Source: Candidatus Cloacimonadales bacterium
GTDB lineage: Bacteria > Cloacimonadota > Cloacimonadia > Cloacimonadales > JAIOQZ01
Direction of reading: 5' to 3'
Length of the DNA: 64,000 nt
Assembly (NCBI GenBank): GCA_963665815.1
Contig: OY762463.1
Coordinates: 2,368,001-2,432,000 of the forward strand
Shown piece by piece: positions 50,435-61,058 of the stretch. Under the pieces are notes generated by a model. It searched no databases, had not been told where the DNA came from, and worked only from the letters and a program-made list of their open reading frames with translations. The stretch's first letter is position 1, and each line of letters starts with the position of its first letter. The position numbers and the translations under genes were made by a program.

Positions 50435-52087
50435 ATGAAAAACTACATAGCTATTAGATTTCTATCCCTTTTCAGAGGTTTGTTCACTATGGCAGGTTAC
50501 GACTTTGAGGTAATCAAACTGATTCTGCAGTTGAAGTTTACACTCGCCAACAGATCAAATCTGGGTGGATTCCAGAACTTATCAAAAAAGAAAAAGAAAA
50601 AAAGTTCAGGAAGTATTTCCGGATTGATCTTCTATCAGGGGCTGATGGGGCTTGCTCTGGCAGCTCAATTGATTGTTCTGCGGAAAAGCGATCCGTTGCT
50701 GAGTATAAGCATCTACATGGTTATGGTTATGCTGTTCTCTCTGGTCAATCTTGTGACAGAGTTCTCCAATTCATTTCTTGATACTACAGATTTGAAGGTT
50801 CTCATGCCTGCTCCCGTAGAACGAAAAGTAATCAATCTCTCGAGAAACCTGTATGTATTATTGTTTTACGGGCAGTTCCAGATGATAATGCTTATTCCGG
50901 GTGTAATAATCGTCTCAATTCTCATGGGCGTTTTATCCGGCTTAATGCTGATCATCTCCAATATGCTCAGTCTAATGTTTATTATTGCTTTTACTTCCAT
51001 TTTGTATGGCTCTATGCTGAGATTTTTCAGAAACGAAACTCTCAAAAATGTTCTGGGTGTTTTTCAAATGCTTGCTTCAGGTGCCGGTGCTTTTGGATTT
51101 CAGATATTTATCAGGCTCTCAAACCACCTCGATAAAGTAGAGAATATCAACAGTGTAATGAAGTATTTAGTGTTTAATCCGTCTTCCTGGTTTGCTGCTC
51201 CGGTTGCAATATTTGCCGGTAAACCTGTAACCGCGGTTCATTGGATATGCATAGGCATTGGTCTGGCTGTTTCGATTCTGGGCTATATTATCTATATTAA
51301 ACTGATAGCTCCTTATTACGAGCGAGACATGCTTAAGCTGAATGTATCCTCTAAAAAGGGGAAGAAAGCAAAAAAGGCAAGAGATTCTGTGTGGTCTAAG
51401 CTATTTGAGAATTACGAGTTTTCACCTTATTATGATGTCTCTGTTAAACTGCTGTCTAAGGACAGGAAATCCAGGAATTTACTTTTTCCGGCAGTGGCAA
51501 TGTCTATAATTATCAGCATAGCTTTTCCGATATTCTTTATGCACAAGTTTGATAAACAACTATGGGAAACAAAGACATATCTGCTGTTATACTTCCCTGC
51601 GGTTATGACTGCCACTATTGCAACTCTCATATTTTACAGCGAGCATTTCAAAGCGTGCTATATGTTTAAATCTTTACCGCTGGACAAACCGAGAAAGCTG
51701 TATATCGGGGCATATATAGCCTGTCTTACCAGATATATTCTGCCGACAAATCTGTTTGCAGGAATCGTATTTCTGATTCTCTGGAAGGGAGCAATCTGGC
51801 TTGATGTGCTAATAATCATCCTGAATTCCGTGCTCTTCAGTTTAATGTTCCCGAACCTTACACCCCGCTATCTGCCGTTCTCTCGTGAGCTTGTGCAGGG
51901 GGAAGCAGGCAGGGGCGACCTGATGATCCTGCTTATCTCCGCATTCTGCATTACAGTAGCTGTAACAGCGCATTATTTGGCGACTATCTTCCGGGTAATC
52001 TATCCGGTAATACTTGTACTGCAGATGATTCTGCTGTATATATCCGCGCGAGCCTACGGTAATGTTGAATGGAAGGATGTGGAGTAG
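50435..52087 (+). CDS. Putative ABC exporter permease 2 (paralogue of permease 1)
   Basis: Same length (550 aa) and shared motifs: LQLKFT, SFLDT, YSEH.KA, LPFS. Confidence 0.8.
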   Translation: MKNYIAIRFLSLFRGLFTMAGYDFEVIKLILQLKFTLANRSNLGGFQNLSKKKKKKSSGSISGLIFYQGLMGLALAAQLIVLRKSDPLLSISIYMVMVMLFSLVNLVTEFSNSFLDTTDLKVLMPAPVERKVINLSRNLYVLLFYGQFQMIMLIPGVIIVSILMGVLSGLMLIISNMLSLMFIIAFTSILYGSMLRFFRNETLKNVLGVFQMLASGAGAFGFQIFIRLSNHLDKVENINSVMKYLVFNPSSWFAAPVAIFAGKPVTAVHWICIGIGLAVSILGYIIYIKLIAPYYERDMLKLNVSSKKGKKAKKARDSVWSKLFENYEFSPYYDVSVKLLSKDRKSRNLLFPAVAMSIIISIAFPIFFMHKFDKQLWETKTYLLLYFPAVMTATIATLIFYSEHFKACYMFKSLPLDKPRKLYIGAYIACLTRYILPTNLFAGIVFLILWKGAIWLDVLIIILNSVLFSLMFPNLTPRYLPFSRELVQGEAGRGDLMILLISAFCITVAVTAHYLATIFRVIYPVILVLQMILLYISARAYGNVEWKDVE

Positions 52088-52094
52088 GGGGAAT

Positions 52095-52143
52095 GCAGAG
52101 GCAAGCGGACGGTTGACTCAGTACAAAAGCCCCTTGCGTATGG
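52095..52143 (+). repeat. Left imperfect inverted repeat flanking the Gabija-like pair
   Basis: GCAGAGGCAAGCGGACGGTTGACT...CCTTGCGTATGG; matches the reverse complement of 56176-56222. Confidence 0.65.
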
Positions 52144-52187
52144 TTGGAAACCTACGCTACGGTGAAATTAATAAAAACTTGATAAAA

Positions 52188-54134
52188 TTATATCTCTACA
52201 ATTTCCCATCCATTATTTTCTAATTCTGAGTAATGTTCTATATTTACTCTATCCTTCTTAAACGCCACGCATAATAAATGAGTTGGTCTGCTCATAGCAA
52301 CATATGCCATTTTTAAGGATTTACTCATATCATTTCTATTAGCTTTTTTTTGATCATGCCTTCCTTTCATAAAATCAAGTAATCGTTGAGATTCAAATTT
52401 CTTATAATATGTTTCCATTAAAAGCGTTGCAGTATGTGTTTCTCCCTTAACAGAATGAATCTTCCCAACTTTAATGTTAATCTCTTTTCTCGTAAATTTA
52501 TTGTTTGTATTTTTGACTTCATTCTTGAACTCTTCTAATTCAGCATTTAAGAAATCACTTATTTTCGATACTTTAATGTCGAAAACTCCAGAAAAATCTA
52601 CTTCTATAAATTTAATTACTTGATTTACAATGCAGACAGGATAAAATTTCTTCGAGTGTTCACACTCAGTATTGCAACAATGAGAATGTATTTTCTTAGT
52701 CCATTCTGCCAGTTTTTCCAAAAAATTTACTAAGAAATCAGGATGATTATCCTCAAAATGTTTCAGTAATGATTTTTTAGTAAATCGTCTTCCGTATTTA
52801 CGTTTATTCAGTTCTTGTTTGACTTCAGCAATATCCAATATTGCCAGAAAACAGTTTATCAGAGCATCATAAATTGGTTTTGTATCCTTACGACCTACAG
52901 GTTTAACAAGATAGTTCTTCAGTGAATTAAAAACTGTTTTTCCGGTTTTCTTGGGATCGTTAAAATCAGAGAAATAATCCCTTAGTGTAAGAGTGTCCTT
53001 GTCTTTGGCTACCCAGGAAACAGCTTTGTACACAGGCTTCTTAACATCTTTCCATTCATTCTTGTTTTCGTTTATTAATTCAGCAAACTTCTCAAGGACT
53101 TCTGAAGGTTCATCAAACAAGATCAATTTCGGTGTGATACCCGAAATAAATTCCGATCCTTTTAACTTATCTTCTGGAGTTTTGCAAACATATTTTATTG
53201 AACCCGCAATATTCTGAGAAAACCTTTTCGAAGTATATATTTTGATAGGATTCGTTTCCACTTTCCAATCTCCAGAACGGTTAATATTACTGTAAATTGC
53301 CTGATTAGGATCTCCAATCCTTTGTATAATAACAGATTCACTAAATACTTTTTCCAGTAAATCAATTTGATATTGAGCAGTATCCTGCATTTCGTCAATG
53401 AATACAAAACTGAATCTTTTAGAAAGAGCTGTGTTATGCAGTGGATATTTTCTTAAAAATGTGTATGCTAAAGAGTATGCATCATCAAATGATAAAACCC
53501 CATTATCCATAATAACACGCTTCATCCTTGAAATATTATTCATTATCTTTGCTTCATCAAATCGAGTTGTATCAATACAGAGATCTTTACCATATAGATC
53601 TCCACCTATTGAGAAGTCGCATATACAATATCTCAAAGAGTTGGGATAATTATTTCTGCCTGAGCTGTAGCACCAATTGTTTACTTCTTTTCCTAAATAC
53701 ATTCTTTGATTTTCAATATATTTATAATACAAAGCATTATCTATTTTTACAATTCTTTTGTTCTTCCAATTACAATAGTATGGAACAGCCAAAAACTTAT
53801 CAACAAAACTCTGGATAGTTCCAAAGAAGTTTGGATAGCTGAACAAAACTGAAGACTGCTTTCCCATCCGTTCCTTTATTTCGTTGATAGCCACATTCGT
53901 ATGTGTAAGAACACATATTCCCTGATTATTATCAAAAGGCATAAACTTGGATAGTATATAAAGTTTGGCTAATAATGCAGTTGTTTTTCCGCTACCCGGG
54001 CAGGCTACAACATCTCTTGTATCAAGACACTTTATAAACTCCCTGCTGGCTTCATCGAAAGTACCTCCACCGGGAAGCAACACTCTTTCAGCTTCTGGAA
54101 TAAATTTGTCTATGTTTTCACTATTGAGAGTCAT
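52188..54134 (-). CDS. gajB: UvrD-family helicase, GajB-like
   Basis: ACPGSGKT, LTHTNVA, GTIQSF, IDEMQD, IGDPNQAIY, IHSVKGETH and YVAMSR motifs. Confidence 0.8.
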   Translation of the reverse strand: MTLNSENIDKFIPEAERVLLPGGGTFDEASREFIKCLDTRDVVACPGSGKTTALLAKLYILSKFMPFDNNQGICVLTHTNVAINEIKERMGKQSSVLFSYPNFFGTIQSFVDKFLAVPYYCNWKNKRIVKIDNALYYKYIENQRMYLGKEVNNWCYSSGRNNYPNSLRYCICDFSIGGDLYGKDLCIDTTRFDEAKIMNNISRMKRVIMDNGVLSFDDAYSLAYTFLRKYPLHNTALSKRFSFVFIDEMQDTAQYQIDLLEKVFSESVIIQRIGDPNQAIYSNINRSGDWKVETNPIKIYTSKRFSQNIAGSIKYVCKTPEDKLKGSEFISGITPKLILFDEPSEVLEKFAELINENKNEWKDVKKPVYKAVSWVAKDKDTLTLRDYFSDFNDPKKTGKTVFNSLKNYLVKPVGRKDTKPIYDALINCFLAILDIAEVKQELNKRKYGRRFTKKSLLKHFEDNHPDFLVNFLEKLAEWTKKIHSHCCNTECEHSKKFYPVCIVNQVIKFIEVDFSGVFDIKVSKISDFLNAELEEFKNEVKNTNNKFTRKEINIKVGKIHSVKGETHTATLLMETYYKKFESQRLLDFMKGRHDQKKANRNDMSKSLKMAYVAMSRPTHLLCVAFKKDRVNIEHYSELENNGWEIVEI

Positions 54135-55995
54135 TGTTTATCCTGATTCCTGCTACATGCAAATTTTATTGCTTCTACAATGTATTTTAAATGTTCATCT
54201 TTCTCAATCTTTTCTTTTGTAATATCAGGTGAATCAATCATTTCTGCAAGATATTGTGCTGTTGTTCCTTTAGATAAACCTTTTAAAAATGGTTTCATCA
54301 TTTCATATGGATTACTTTCATCTTCAGGAAGAGATACACTTTTGCCTGATAATTCTTCTGCACTTTTCATAGACACTAAAAGTGAACTCTTCAAACAACT
54401 TTGTGCAAGACTATATTCAAGGGTCCAATCATTTTTATATACTTTGAAAGTTTTTGTTGATTCAGTTTTCTTATCATTCTCTTCTAAGAATGACAAGTAT
54501 GCTTTAATATGTTCTTCTTTTAACTCCTCTTTTTTGGGATTTGATAAACAAGAGCAATTATTAATTTTTTCCTTAAATCTATCTTTATTTGTCTCAATTA
54601 TTACTTTATCATTACAATAACACCAATAGACCTTGGGTGGATGGTCTATTAAGTACTCATTACACGGAATATCCCCATCGGATATTACTGCTACTTTCAT
54701 TTCGAAGTCAGACCCATCATTTCTGCTGAAAATACCTGCCCAATTTTGCCAATGTGCACCACCTACATTTATTATTGAAACACCATGTTTGTGTAAAGGC
54801 AAATCAATTTGCCTGGCAATTGCAGGAACAATTAAGTTTTCAGCAATACCTTCTACAATAATGACTCCTTTTGCAAAAAATAAATTTGCTTTTGTTGCAT
54901 CGAGAAATCTTTCCAGAAACTTATAGTCTTTTTCATCAAGATTTGTATGTTCTTCATCCATTGGAAACACTTTATCATTCTTGCAAATAATAAGATTCCC
55001 TAATGGAATACTAGAGCCAAGAGTAATACTGTGGGTAGTTAAAATTGTCTGTCCATTACCTTCTTGATTATCAATTAGGTATCTGAGTACGTTCAGTTGA
55101 TAATGCGGATGCAGATGTGCTTCTAATTCTTCTATTACTGTCAATTTTAACCCGTTAAATCCATCCCTTTTAATTAGTAATATTCTGCTGCAATATAGAG
55201 TAAGTTCAGCATTCCCAGACTTGGCTGATTCTCATCAATATTCAGAGAAAGTCTTTGCAGAATTGCCCATAACTCAACACCTGAAAGGTTAACAAATGGA
55301 GTATGATCATCATCCTCACTTGTAAATCCTTTTATTGCGTCTTTTACATCTTCTATTATCTCATTTCCTTCCCCTGATGTTGCAATATTAAAGTAATCTT
55401 TAATTTCTTGGTCAGCTTTTTCAATAGCTTTTTTAATCTTATTATCTTTTAATTCTTCCTCAGTTTTCTTAAAAAGATGATGGTTTTTTAGCAATTGAGA
55501 AAACCTTGATCTTCTACCTGCTGACATTTCCTGCTCTGCATCTCTCAATGGTTTTAAGTATGTTATACGAAGTAAATCTCTCGCTCTTCCATCCATTTGA
55601 GAGCCTATGTCATCCATACCTGCTCTTGTATCCCAGATAATTCTGTTATCTTTCCTTTCTGCAGTTATCCACACTCTGAGTTTATAATTTTTTCGTACAT
55701 CAAATCCTATCCATTCAAGAAAATTACCTGCTTCAGAGTCTGAGAAACCGGTAAATATACCTTCTATCCTAAGATTTGACGCTCTTTTACCATCACTATA
55801 ATGGAAATCAGCCTCATATAGTCGCTGGTATTCGTAACTCTGAGTATTCAATAAAAATCTTATTGCATCAACAATTGTCGTTTTTCCTGAAGCATTTTCA
55901 CCTATGAGTACATTCAGCTTTTCGTTAAAGTGGACTTCAATACCTGGACTTCCATATTTCCGGAAATTATCTATTTTTAATTCTGATAAATACAT
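54131..55995 (-). pseudogene. gajA: OLD-family ABC-ATPase/TOPRIM nuclease, GajA-like, split by a 1-nt frameshift
   Basis: GENASGKTT, LKPLRDAE, IEELEAHLHP, TTHS, VEGIAE and ISDGD; adding one base at about 55182 joins both ORFs (AAELLLIKRDGFNGLKLTVIEE). Confidence 0.8.
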
Positions 55996-56175
55996 ACATA
56001 TCTCCTATGAGAAAATAGTTTATATAATATTGTTTTTGTCAATTTAAATATTTGTTCAGTATTTCATAAGATATTTCCCATGAGCAACACTTGATATTCA
56101 CACTACATCAATTACTTCCATATCCTTCCATTTTTTCAGTGGTTAATAGAGATATTTAAACAGATAGTCAGTTAT

Positions 56176-56222
56176 CCTTACGCAAGGTGTGTTAAATAAG
56201 TCAAACGGCCGTTTGCCTCTAC
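56176..56222 (-). repeat. Right inverted repeat (GTAG-type REP-like palindrome)
   Basis: Minus strand GTAGAGGCAAACGGCCGTTTGACTTATTTAACACACCTTGCGTAAGG. Confidence 0.65.
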
Positions 56223-56392
56223 GCGGTTGGCAGGATATGGAGAACTATTCAGAAGTCATATAGCGAACTCAAGTCTTTCCGGATTACAATATTAGTGCTA
56301 CTATAAGAGATCTCAGCACCGGAAATTCAAGTGAATCAGGATTCAGTCCTTCTATTCATACATAGAGACAGTCGACACTCTACTAAAAATCA

Positions 56393-57739
56393 TTAAAAAA
56401 TAACCAATAACTGGATATCTCCTACGTTAGTTCTTGTTGGACCAGTCTTATACAATCCGTCTATCTTCTCGAAAAAGTGATAAGCATCATGTCTTTTCAG
56501 ATATTCTCCGGTATTCAATCCTTTTTTTTCTGCTTTTGCCAGTTCCGAGAGAGATGCCCAGGCACCTGCAGCATCAGTTGGACCATCATTACCATCTGTA
56601 GATGCAGCGAGAAATATCACATTGTTCATTCCTTTTCCGGAACGCTTTAACTCATTCAGGAAAGAAAGTGCCATTTCCTGATTTCTCCCGCCTTTTCCAT
56701 GGTCTTCCGATAACACAACTGTTGTTTCTCCCCCCAGGATCAACAATTTAGGCTTTTTCACTCCATATCTGCAATTGTATCTTGCCAGAGCAAAAATTGT
56801 CCGAGCTGCTTCCCTGGCTTCACCTTCCAGACAATCAGTGAGAATTTCTGCTTCAAACCCTGAATCTTCCGCCTTTACAGCTGCAGCAGCCAATGCCTGA
56901 TAATTTGTTCCGATCAGGTAATTGTGGACTTTACCGAATGCCCGGTCATCCTCCTCAGGTGTATCCGGTAAGCAATCCCTAAGTCCCTGCTCTATCAGCT
57001 TTACTGCAGCAGGCGGCAGTTTATCACGTATATCATACTTACGTATAATAGCATCAGCATCTTTGAAAGTAGTCAGATCATAAGTTGTCGGACCGGATGC
57101 AATTGTGCCAAGATTGTCTCCCACAACATCTGAAAGAATCAGACTAATAGTTGTTGCAGGATATAGAAGTTTTGCCAGTCTTCCACCTTTTATTAGAGAG
57201 AGGTGTTTCCTCATGCAGTTTATCTCAGTTATATCTGCACCGCATGCCAGTAAAGCTCTGGTTACCTCCTGTTTATCTTCCAACGACAGATTGATGTCTT
57301 CATCTTTATATGGAGCAGTCATCAAAGCTGAACCACCTCCGGAAATAAGACATATCACAAGAGTCTGCTCGTCAGCTTCCTGAGCTAATGAAGCTATTCT
57401 CTGAGCTGCAATAACGCTGTTATGATCAGGAACAGGATGACCTGCTTCAATGACTTCTATTCGATCCAACAACTGCCCGAAACCGTATTTCGTGCTGATA
57501 AGACCTTCGGTAAGCTTATCTCCCAGAATTTCTTCCATAGCATTTCCCATCACAGCAGATGCCTTACCTGTTCCAATGACAATAATCCGATCGAATTGTT
57601 CCATATCAAAGGTTTCATTATAATCACCGGATTTTATATGTAGTTTATTTTCAGTACAGGACAACCCGTTTTTCAACATAAGATACGGGTCAACGCGATC
57701 CAGGGCAGCCCTGAATATGGAATCAAGCTTACTTTTCAT
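56393..57739 (-). CDS. Glycerate 2-kinase (MOFRL/TtuD family)
   Basis: GKAS, AGHPVPD, ISGGGSAL, SDVVGD...IASGPT, GGRNQE, TDGNDGPT and TGPTRTNVGD motifs. Confidence 0.93.
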   Translation of the reverse strand: MKSKLDSIFRAALDRVDPYLMLKNGLSCTENKLHIKSGDYNETFDMEQFDRIIVIGTGKASAVMGNAMEEILGDKLTEGLISTKYGFGQLLDRIEVIEAGHPVPDHNSVIAAQRIASLAQEADEQTLVICLISGGGSALMTAPYKDEDINLSLEDKQEVTRALLACGADITEINCMRKHLSLIKGGRLAKLLYPATTISLILSDVVGDNLGTIASGPTTYDLTTFKDADAIIRKYDIRDKLPPAAVKLIEQGLRDCLPDTPEEDDRAFGKVHNYLIGTNYQALAAAAVKAEDSGFEAEILTDCLEGEAREAARTIFALARYNCRYGVKKPKLLILGGETTVVLSEDHGKGGRNQEMALSFLNELKRSGKGMNNVIFLAASTDGNDGPTDAAGAWASLSELAKAEKKGLNTGEYLKRHDAYHFFEKIDGLYKTGPTRTNVGDIQLLVIF

Positions 57740-57806
57740 TATGTCTCCAGCAGTTTCTTCAACAATACCAGTATCAATTTTACGAAATAGTGAGTTTGTT
57801 TTGCTG

Positions 57807-58391
57807 CTATTGATTAATCTCTATTTCTTTTACAAGAGCGGTAATTGGAATTGCTTTAACTTTTTCACCTGAAAGTAAGAATATAACTTCTCTCGTTTTA
57901 CCTATCATTTTACCTTTTTCAATCTCGTTATCTGAATACCTGATACTGATTGAGGGCTTCTGCATAATTTCCTTTCTGGATATTTCTCCATACTTCAAAG
58001 AAGAAAGGAAGAGGTAAGCAAGGAAAATTAATATATGAAAGAAGTTTCTCACTAAGCTGTGCCAATGGTACTTATCCAGCCCAAGATATTGTCGGGAATA
58101 GAATTTCGGAAATTTAACCCTAATCACTGCATCAAATTTGAAAGCAATATATGCAACCAGTGATGACAATATTGTAAATAGCAATACAATGAAGTTTGAA
58201 AACGGAGTGATTAGGAAATCGAGCAGATCGGCATAGTCAAAGATGTCAATTCCGAATTCAGAGTATTTCATATAATTGAAAAGCATACCAATTCCAATAG
58301 CGAGAACATAACATATAGTTACCACCGTCTGGATTTCTTTTAATATCATCTCGGTTGCATCTTTAATAAGACCTTCATTCCTGTTTTCCAT
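57807..58391 (-). CDS. Hypothetical membrane protein
   Basis: 194 aa with three hydrophobic segments. Confidence 0.7.
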   Translation of the reverse strand: MENRNEGLIKDATEMILKEIQTVVTICYVLAIGIGMLFNYMKYSEFGIDIFDYADLLDFLITPFSNFIVLLFTILSSLVAYIAFKFDAVIRVKFPKFYSRQYLGLDKYHWHSLVRNFFHILIFLAYLFLSSLKYGEISRKEIMQKPSISIRYSDNEIEKGKMIGKTREVIFLLSGEKVKAIPITALVKEIEINQ

Positions 58392-58614
58392 AATACTTCC
58401 TTAACATTGGTTCAGAGCCCGATATGATTGTCAGAGATTATACTTCAAGTTGTTTCTCTCTTAATCTTATACTCATCAACAGACTGACTTTTGCAGTTAA
58501 TTTGTCAAACCAATTATTTTCATCTGCTCCTTGATAACACACAAAATAAAATTGTTTTATTGACAATTTAGTGATCAAGTGCCTGAATTCAATCAAATTT
58601 AAAGGGAGTATTTA

Positions 58615-59598
58615 ATGAAGAGAGTGCTGTTACTTCTAATTATTGTTGGCTTTATTGTTTCATGTGCAAAAACCGACAGTAATGATACCGCTCTAACACT
58701 GGCAGATTCACTCGGATGGCAGAATAGTGAAGATTATTACTTTTCTGCTGATTGTTCAATCAAGTGTAGAGATTCAAAATTATATATTCTCGATGCTGTT
58801 AATAAGAAACTGAGTATTTTCAATGAGGATAAGCTGGATTTTGTACGATCAATAGGAAAATCAGGACGAGGTCCCGGTGAATTCACTTTTCCTTTATGCT
58901 TTACATTTGATAATGAAGGCAACTTTATCGTTGCTGATTTTTCTAATTCAATGATACAATGGCTCTCACCGGCAGGTGAGTATATTAAATCAGTTAAAGC
59001 ACCCCTTCCGGGAGAAGTTTATAACTTCGATGGTGATATCTATTACACTGATTACGCCGGAAAACCGGAAATGAATCTGTACAAGATTGTTGATCACAAA
59101 CCGGTTGTAGATTTATCGATAACGGATTTAATTACCGGATCGGAATTACCGGAAGGCTCAAACAAACGTTTTGCCCTGGCTAAAACTGATAAGAAATTAA
59201 TTATTAGTTTCTTGCATTTCAAAGATAAGATTCTGGAGATTGACACCAACAAATATTTTGAAACAACGCTGAGAAATAGTGCTCATGGATTGTCTTCATG
59301 TATGGTTGTAGATGACAAAAGCATATTTGTTATATTGTATTCTCTGGAAAAAGATTTGTCGCAAACCATAACAGATTTGATTGAAAGCGGTAGAGAACAT
59401 GAGATATGCAGCAATCTGCTTGCAGAGGAGGTTGGATTAAAATCTTATCTCGTTGAATATTCTTTTGATGGCAGTATTGTCAACACACACAGATTACCGA
59501 ATAACATTCTGGGAAAGGAATTTTCCTTCGCAAAATCAGGAAATAATTTTTATCTTCAGGATGCTTTCTCCGGGATTATTTATAAGTACAAAATGTAA
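58615..59598 (+). CDS. 6-bladed (NHL-like) beta-propeller lipoprotein
   Basis: Lipobox IVSC; IGKSGRGPGEFTFP and GNFIVAD motifs. Confidence 0.8.
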   Translation: MKRVLLLLIIVGFIVSCAKTDSNDTALTLADSLGWQNSEDYYFSADCSIKCRDSKLYILDAVNKKLSIFNEDKLDFVRSIGKSGRGPGEFTFPLCFTFDNEGNFIVADFSNSMIQWLSPAGEYIKSVKAPLPGEVYNFDGDIYYTDYAGKPEMNLYKIVDHKPVVDLSITDLITGSELPEGSNKRFALAKTDKKLIISFLHFKDKILEIDTNKYFETTLRNSAHGLSSCMVVDDKSIFVILYSLEKDLSQTITDLIESGREHEICSNLLAEEVGLKSYLVEYSFDGSIVNTHRLPNNILGKEFSFAKSGNNFYLQDAFSGIIYKYKM

Positions 59599-59688
59599 CT
59601 GTTAGATCTGATATTTAAACAAAAATAAAATCAACTATCGTGAAGAAGTGAGTATGCAAAACATACCTCTGAAGTAAAAGGAGAGAGA

Positions 59689-60036
59689 ATGAGGAAATTT
59701 CTGTTTGCTTTATTAATTATAGGGTGCTCCATAACATTGTTTTCAGTTAAGAGTGTAACATACGAAATTGATGGTGAAGGTAAAGTCCGCACTATTACCG
59801 AGAAAAAAGGTGATGAAGCCTGGCAGAAAGCAATACAGGAAGAAATAGACTCTATGAATTTTGCGTCGAATGAATTCACTAAAACCATATTTCACGTTGA
59901 TGAAGATGGTTTTGTTACTGCATCAGTAATAGTCACAAAAGCAGGTATAGACAGTACTGAACAGACAATGAGAGCTATAGAAATAGTCAAAAGACTAAAT
60001 AAAAAAACAGCTGTACATAACGAAAAAGTCAAGTAG
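59689..60036 (+). CDS. Hypothetical secreted protein
   Basis: AGGAG RBS and signal peptide. Confidence 0.65.
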   Translation: MRKFLFALLIIGCSITLFSVKSVTYEIDGEGKVRTITEKKGDEAWQKAIQEEIDSMNFASNEFTKTIFHVDEDGFVTASVIVTKAGIDSTEQTMRAIEIVKRLNKKTAVHNEKVK

Positions 60037-60073
60037 TCAGTTAACATTGAGAAAATGATGGATACAGCTTATA

Positions 60074-60958
60074 TCAGCATCCTGTAATTACACAAGATTC
60101 CGGTTGCTCTGTGTTACCAACACTCTCAATCCTCTTCTTCATTCCAGCAGCCAGCTTTTCTTCAGCAGGTCCGATATGCATAGCTTTCTGTGGGCATCCT
60201 GCTATGCATTTATAGCAGTGAATACAGGGATAATCTGTTTCCACAATAATATTATCTTCTGATGACAGATGGAACACAGGACAATTCTTTGAGCATTTTC
60301 CACATGAAGTGCACTTATCCTTATCTATAATTATATTCGGAAACTTAGTCATATGCAGTAGTTTTTCATCCGGTACAGATCCAAGTGGAAACATCTCAAA
60401 ATTGTATTTGAATGCCCCAACAGCACTGATGTAATCCATAGCATTCTCAAGCTTATCAATATGATCAGCAAGATAATCTAATGTCTCACCGAATGATTTT
60501 TCTGACATTTTATTCTCATTGAATACATAATCCATGAATGTTCCTGCCAGAGTATGGGAAGCATTTATTTTGACACCCATGGGTACAGTCCTACCGGTTT
60601 CTTCCAGAGCTTTACCGGCTTCGTACAAAGCATTGCCGGATGAAATACCTCCATAGGTAACAAACGGAACGGCAAATTGTCCCCAGATATCATACTGTGC
60701 AGGGAGATTCTGTATCAATTCAAGCATATAGTACTGAAAGTGAGTGGAATAAACCGGGGCTCCCACGAACAGTAAGTCATGTTGTTTGATAATTGTATTG
60801 AGATATTCAGTAGTATTCTCTTTCAAGATTAGCTGTTTTGTTTTATTAATGTTTATCATTTGTATTGTGTGTTTTCTGTCTTGCAGTTCTGCAGCAATTC
60901 TCTCCGCAGTATAAGCTGTATTACCTGTTGCACTGAAATATATTATTGCAATATTCAT
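60074..60958 (-). CDS. Flavodoxin plus 2x[4Fe-4S] ferredoxin fusion (EFR1-like)
   Basis: YFSATGNT; CTSCGKCSKNCP and CIHCYKCIAGCP. Confidence 0.88.
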   Translation of the reverse strand: MNIAIIYFSATGNTAYTAERIAAELQDRKHTIQMININKTKQLILKENTTEYLNTIIKQHDLLFVGAPVYSTHFQYYMLELIQNLPAQYDIWGQFAVPFVTYGGISSGNALYEAGKALEETGRTVPMGVKINASHTLAGTFMDYVFNENKMSEKSFGETLDYLADHIDKLENAMDYISAVGAFKYNFEMFPLGSVPDEKLLHMTKFPNIIIDKDKCTSCGKCSKNCPVFHLSSEDNIIVETDYPCIHCYKCIAGCPQKAMHIGPAEEKLAAGMKKRIESVGNTEQPESCVITGC

Positions 60959-61058
60959 CCATAACTCCTCGCGAAGGAATCACAATCTTGCTGATTTTCA
61001 CGTCAAGGTAAACAAGTTCAGGAAAAATTCAGTTGACAAAAAACATACTGTTCAAATT

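Noticed and set aside
56170-56197. dif/Xer-like site AGTTATCCTTA-CGCAAG-GTGTGTTAAAT
   Set aside because: Only the TGTTAAAT part of the XerD arm matches and the inner TAA/TTA bases are missing, so it is too weak to call
57740-58420. Membrane-protein gene as an integron cassette
   Set aside because: No convincing RYYYAAC/GTTRRRY attC pair and no integrase
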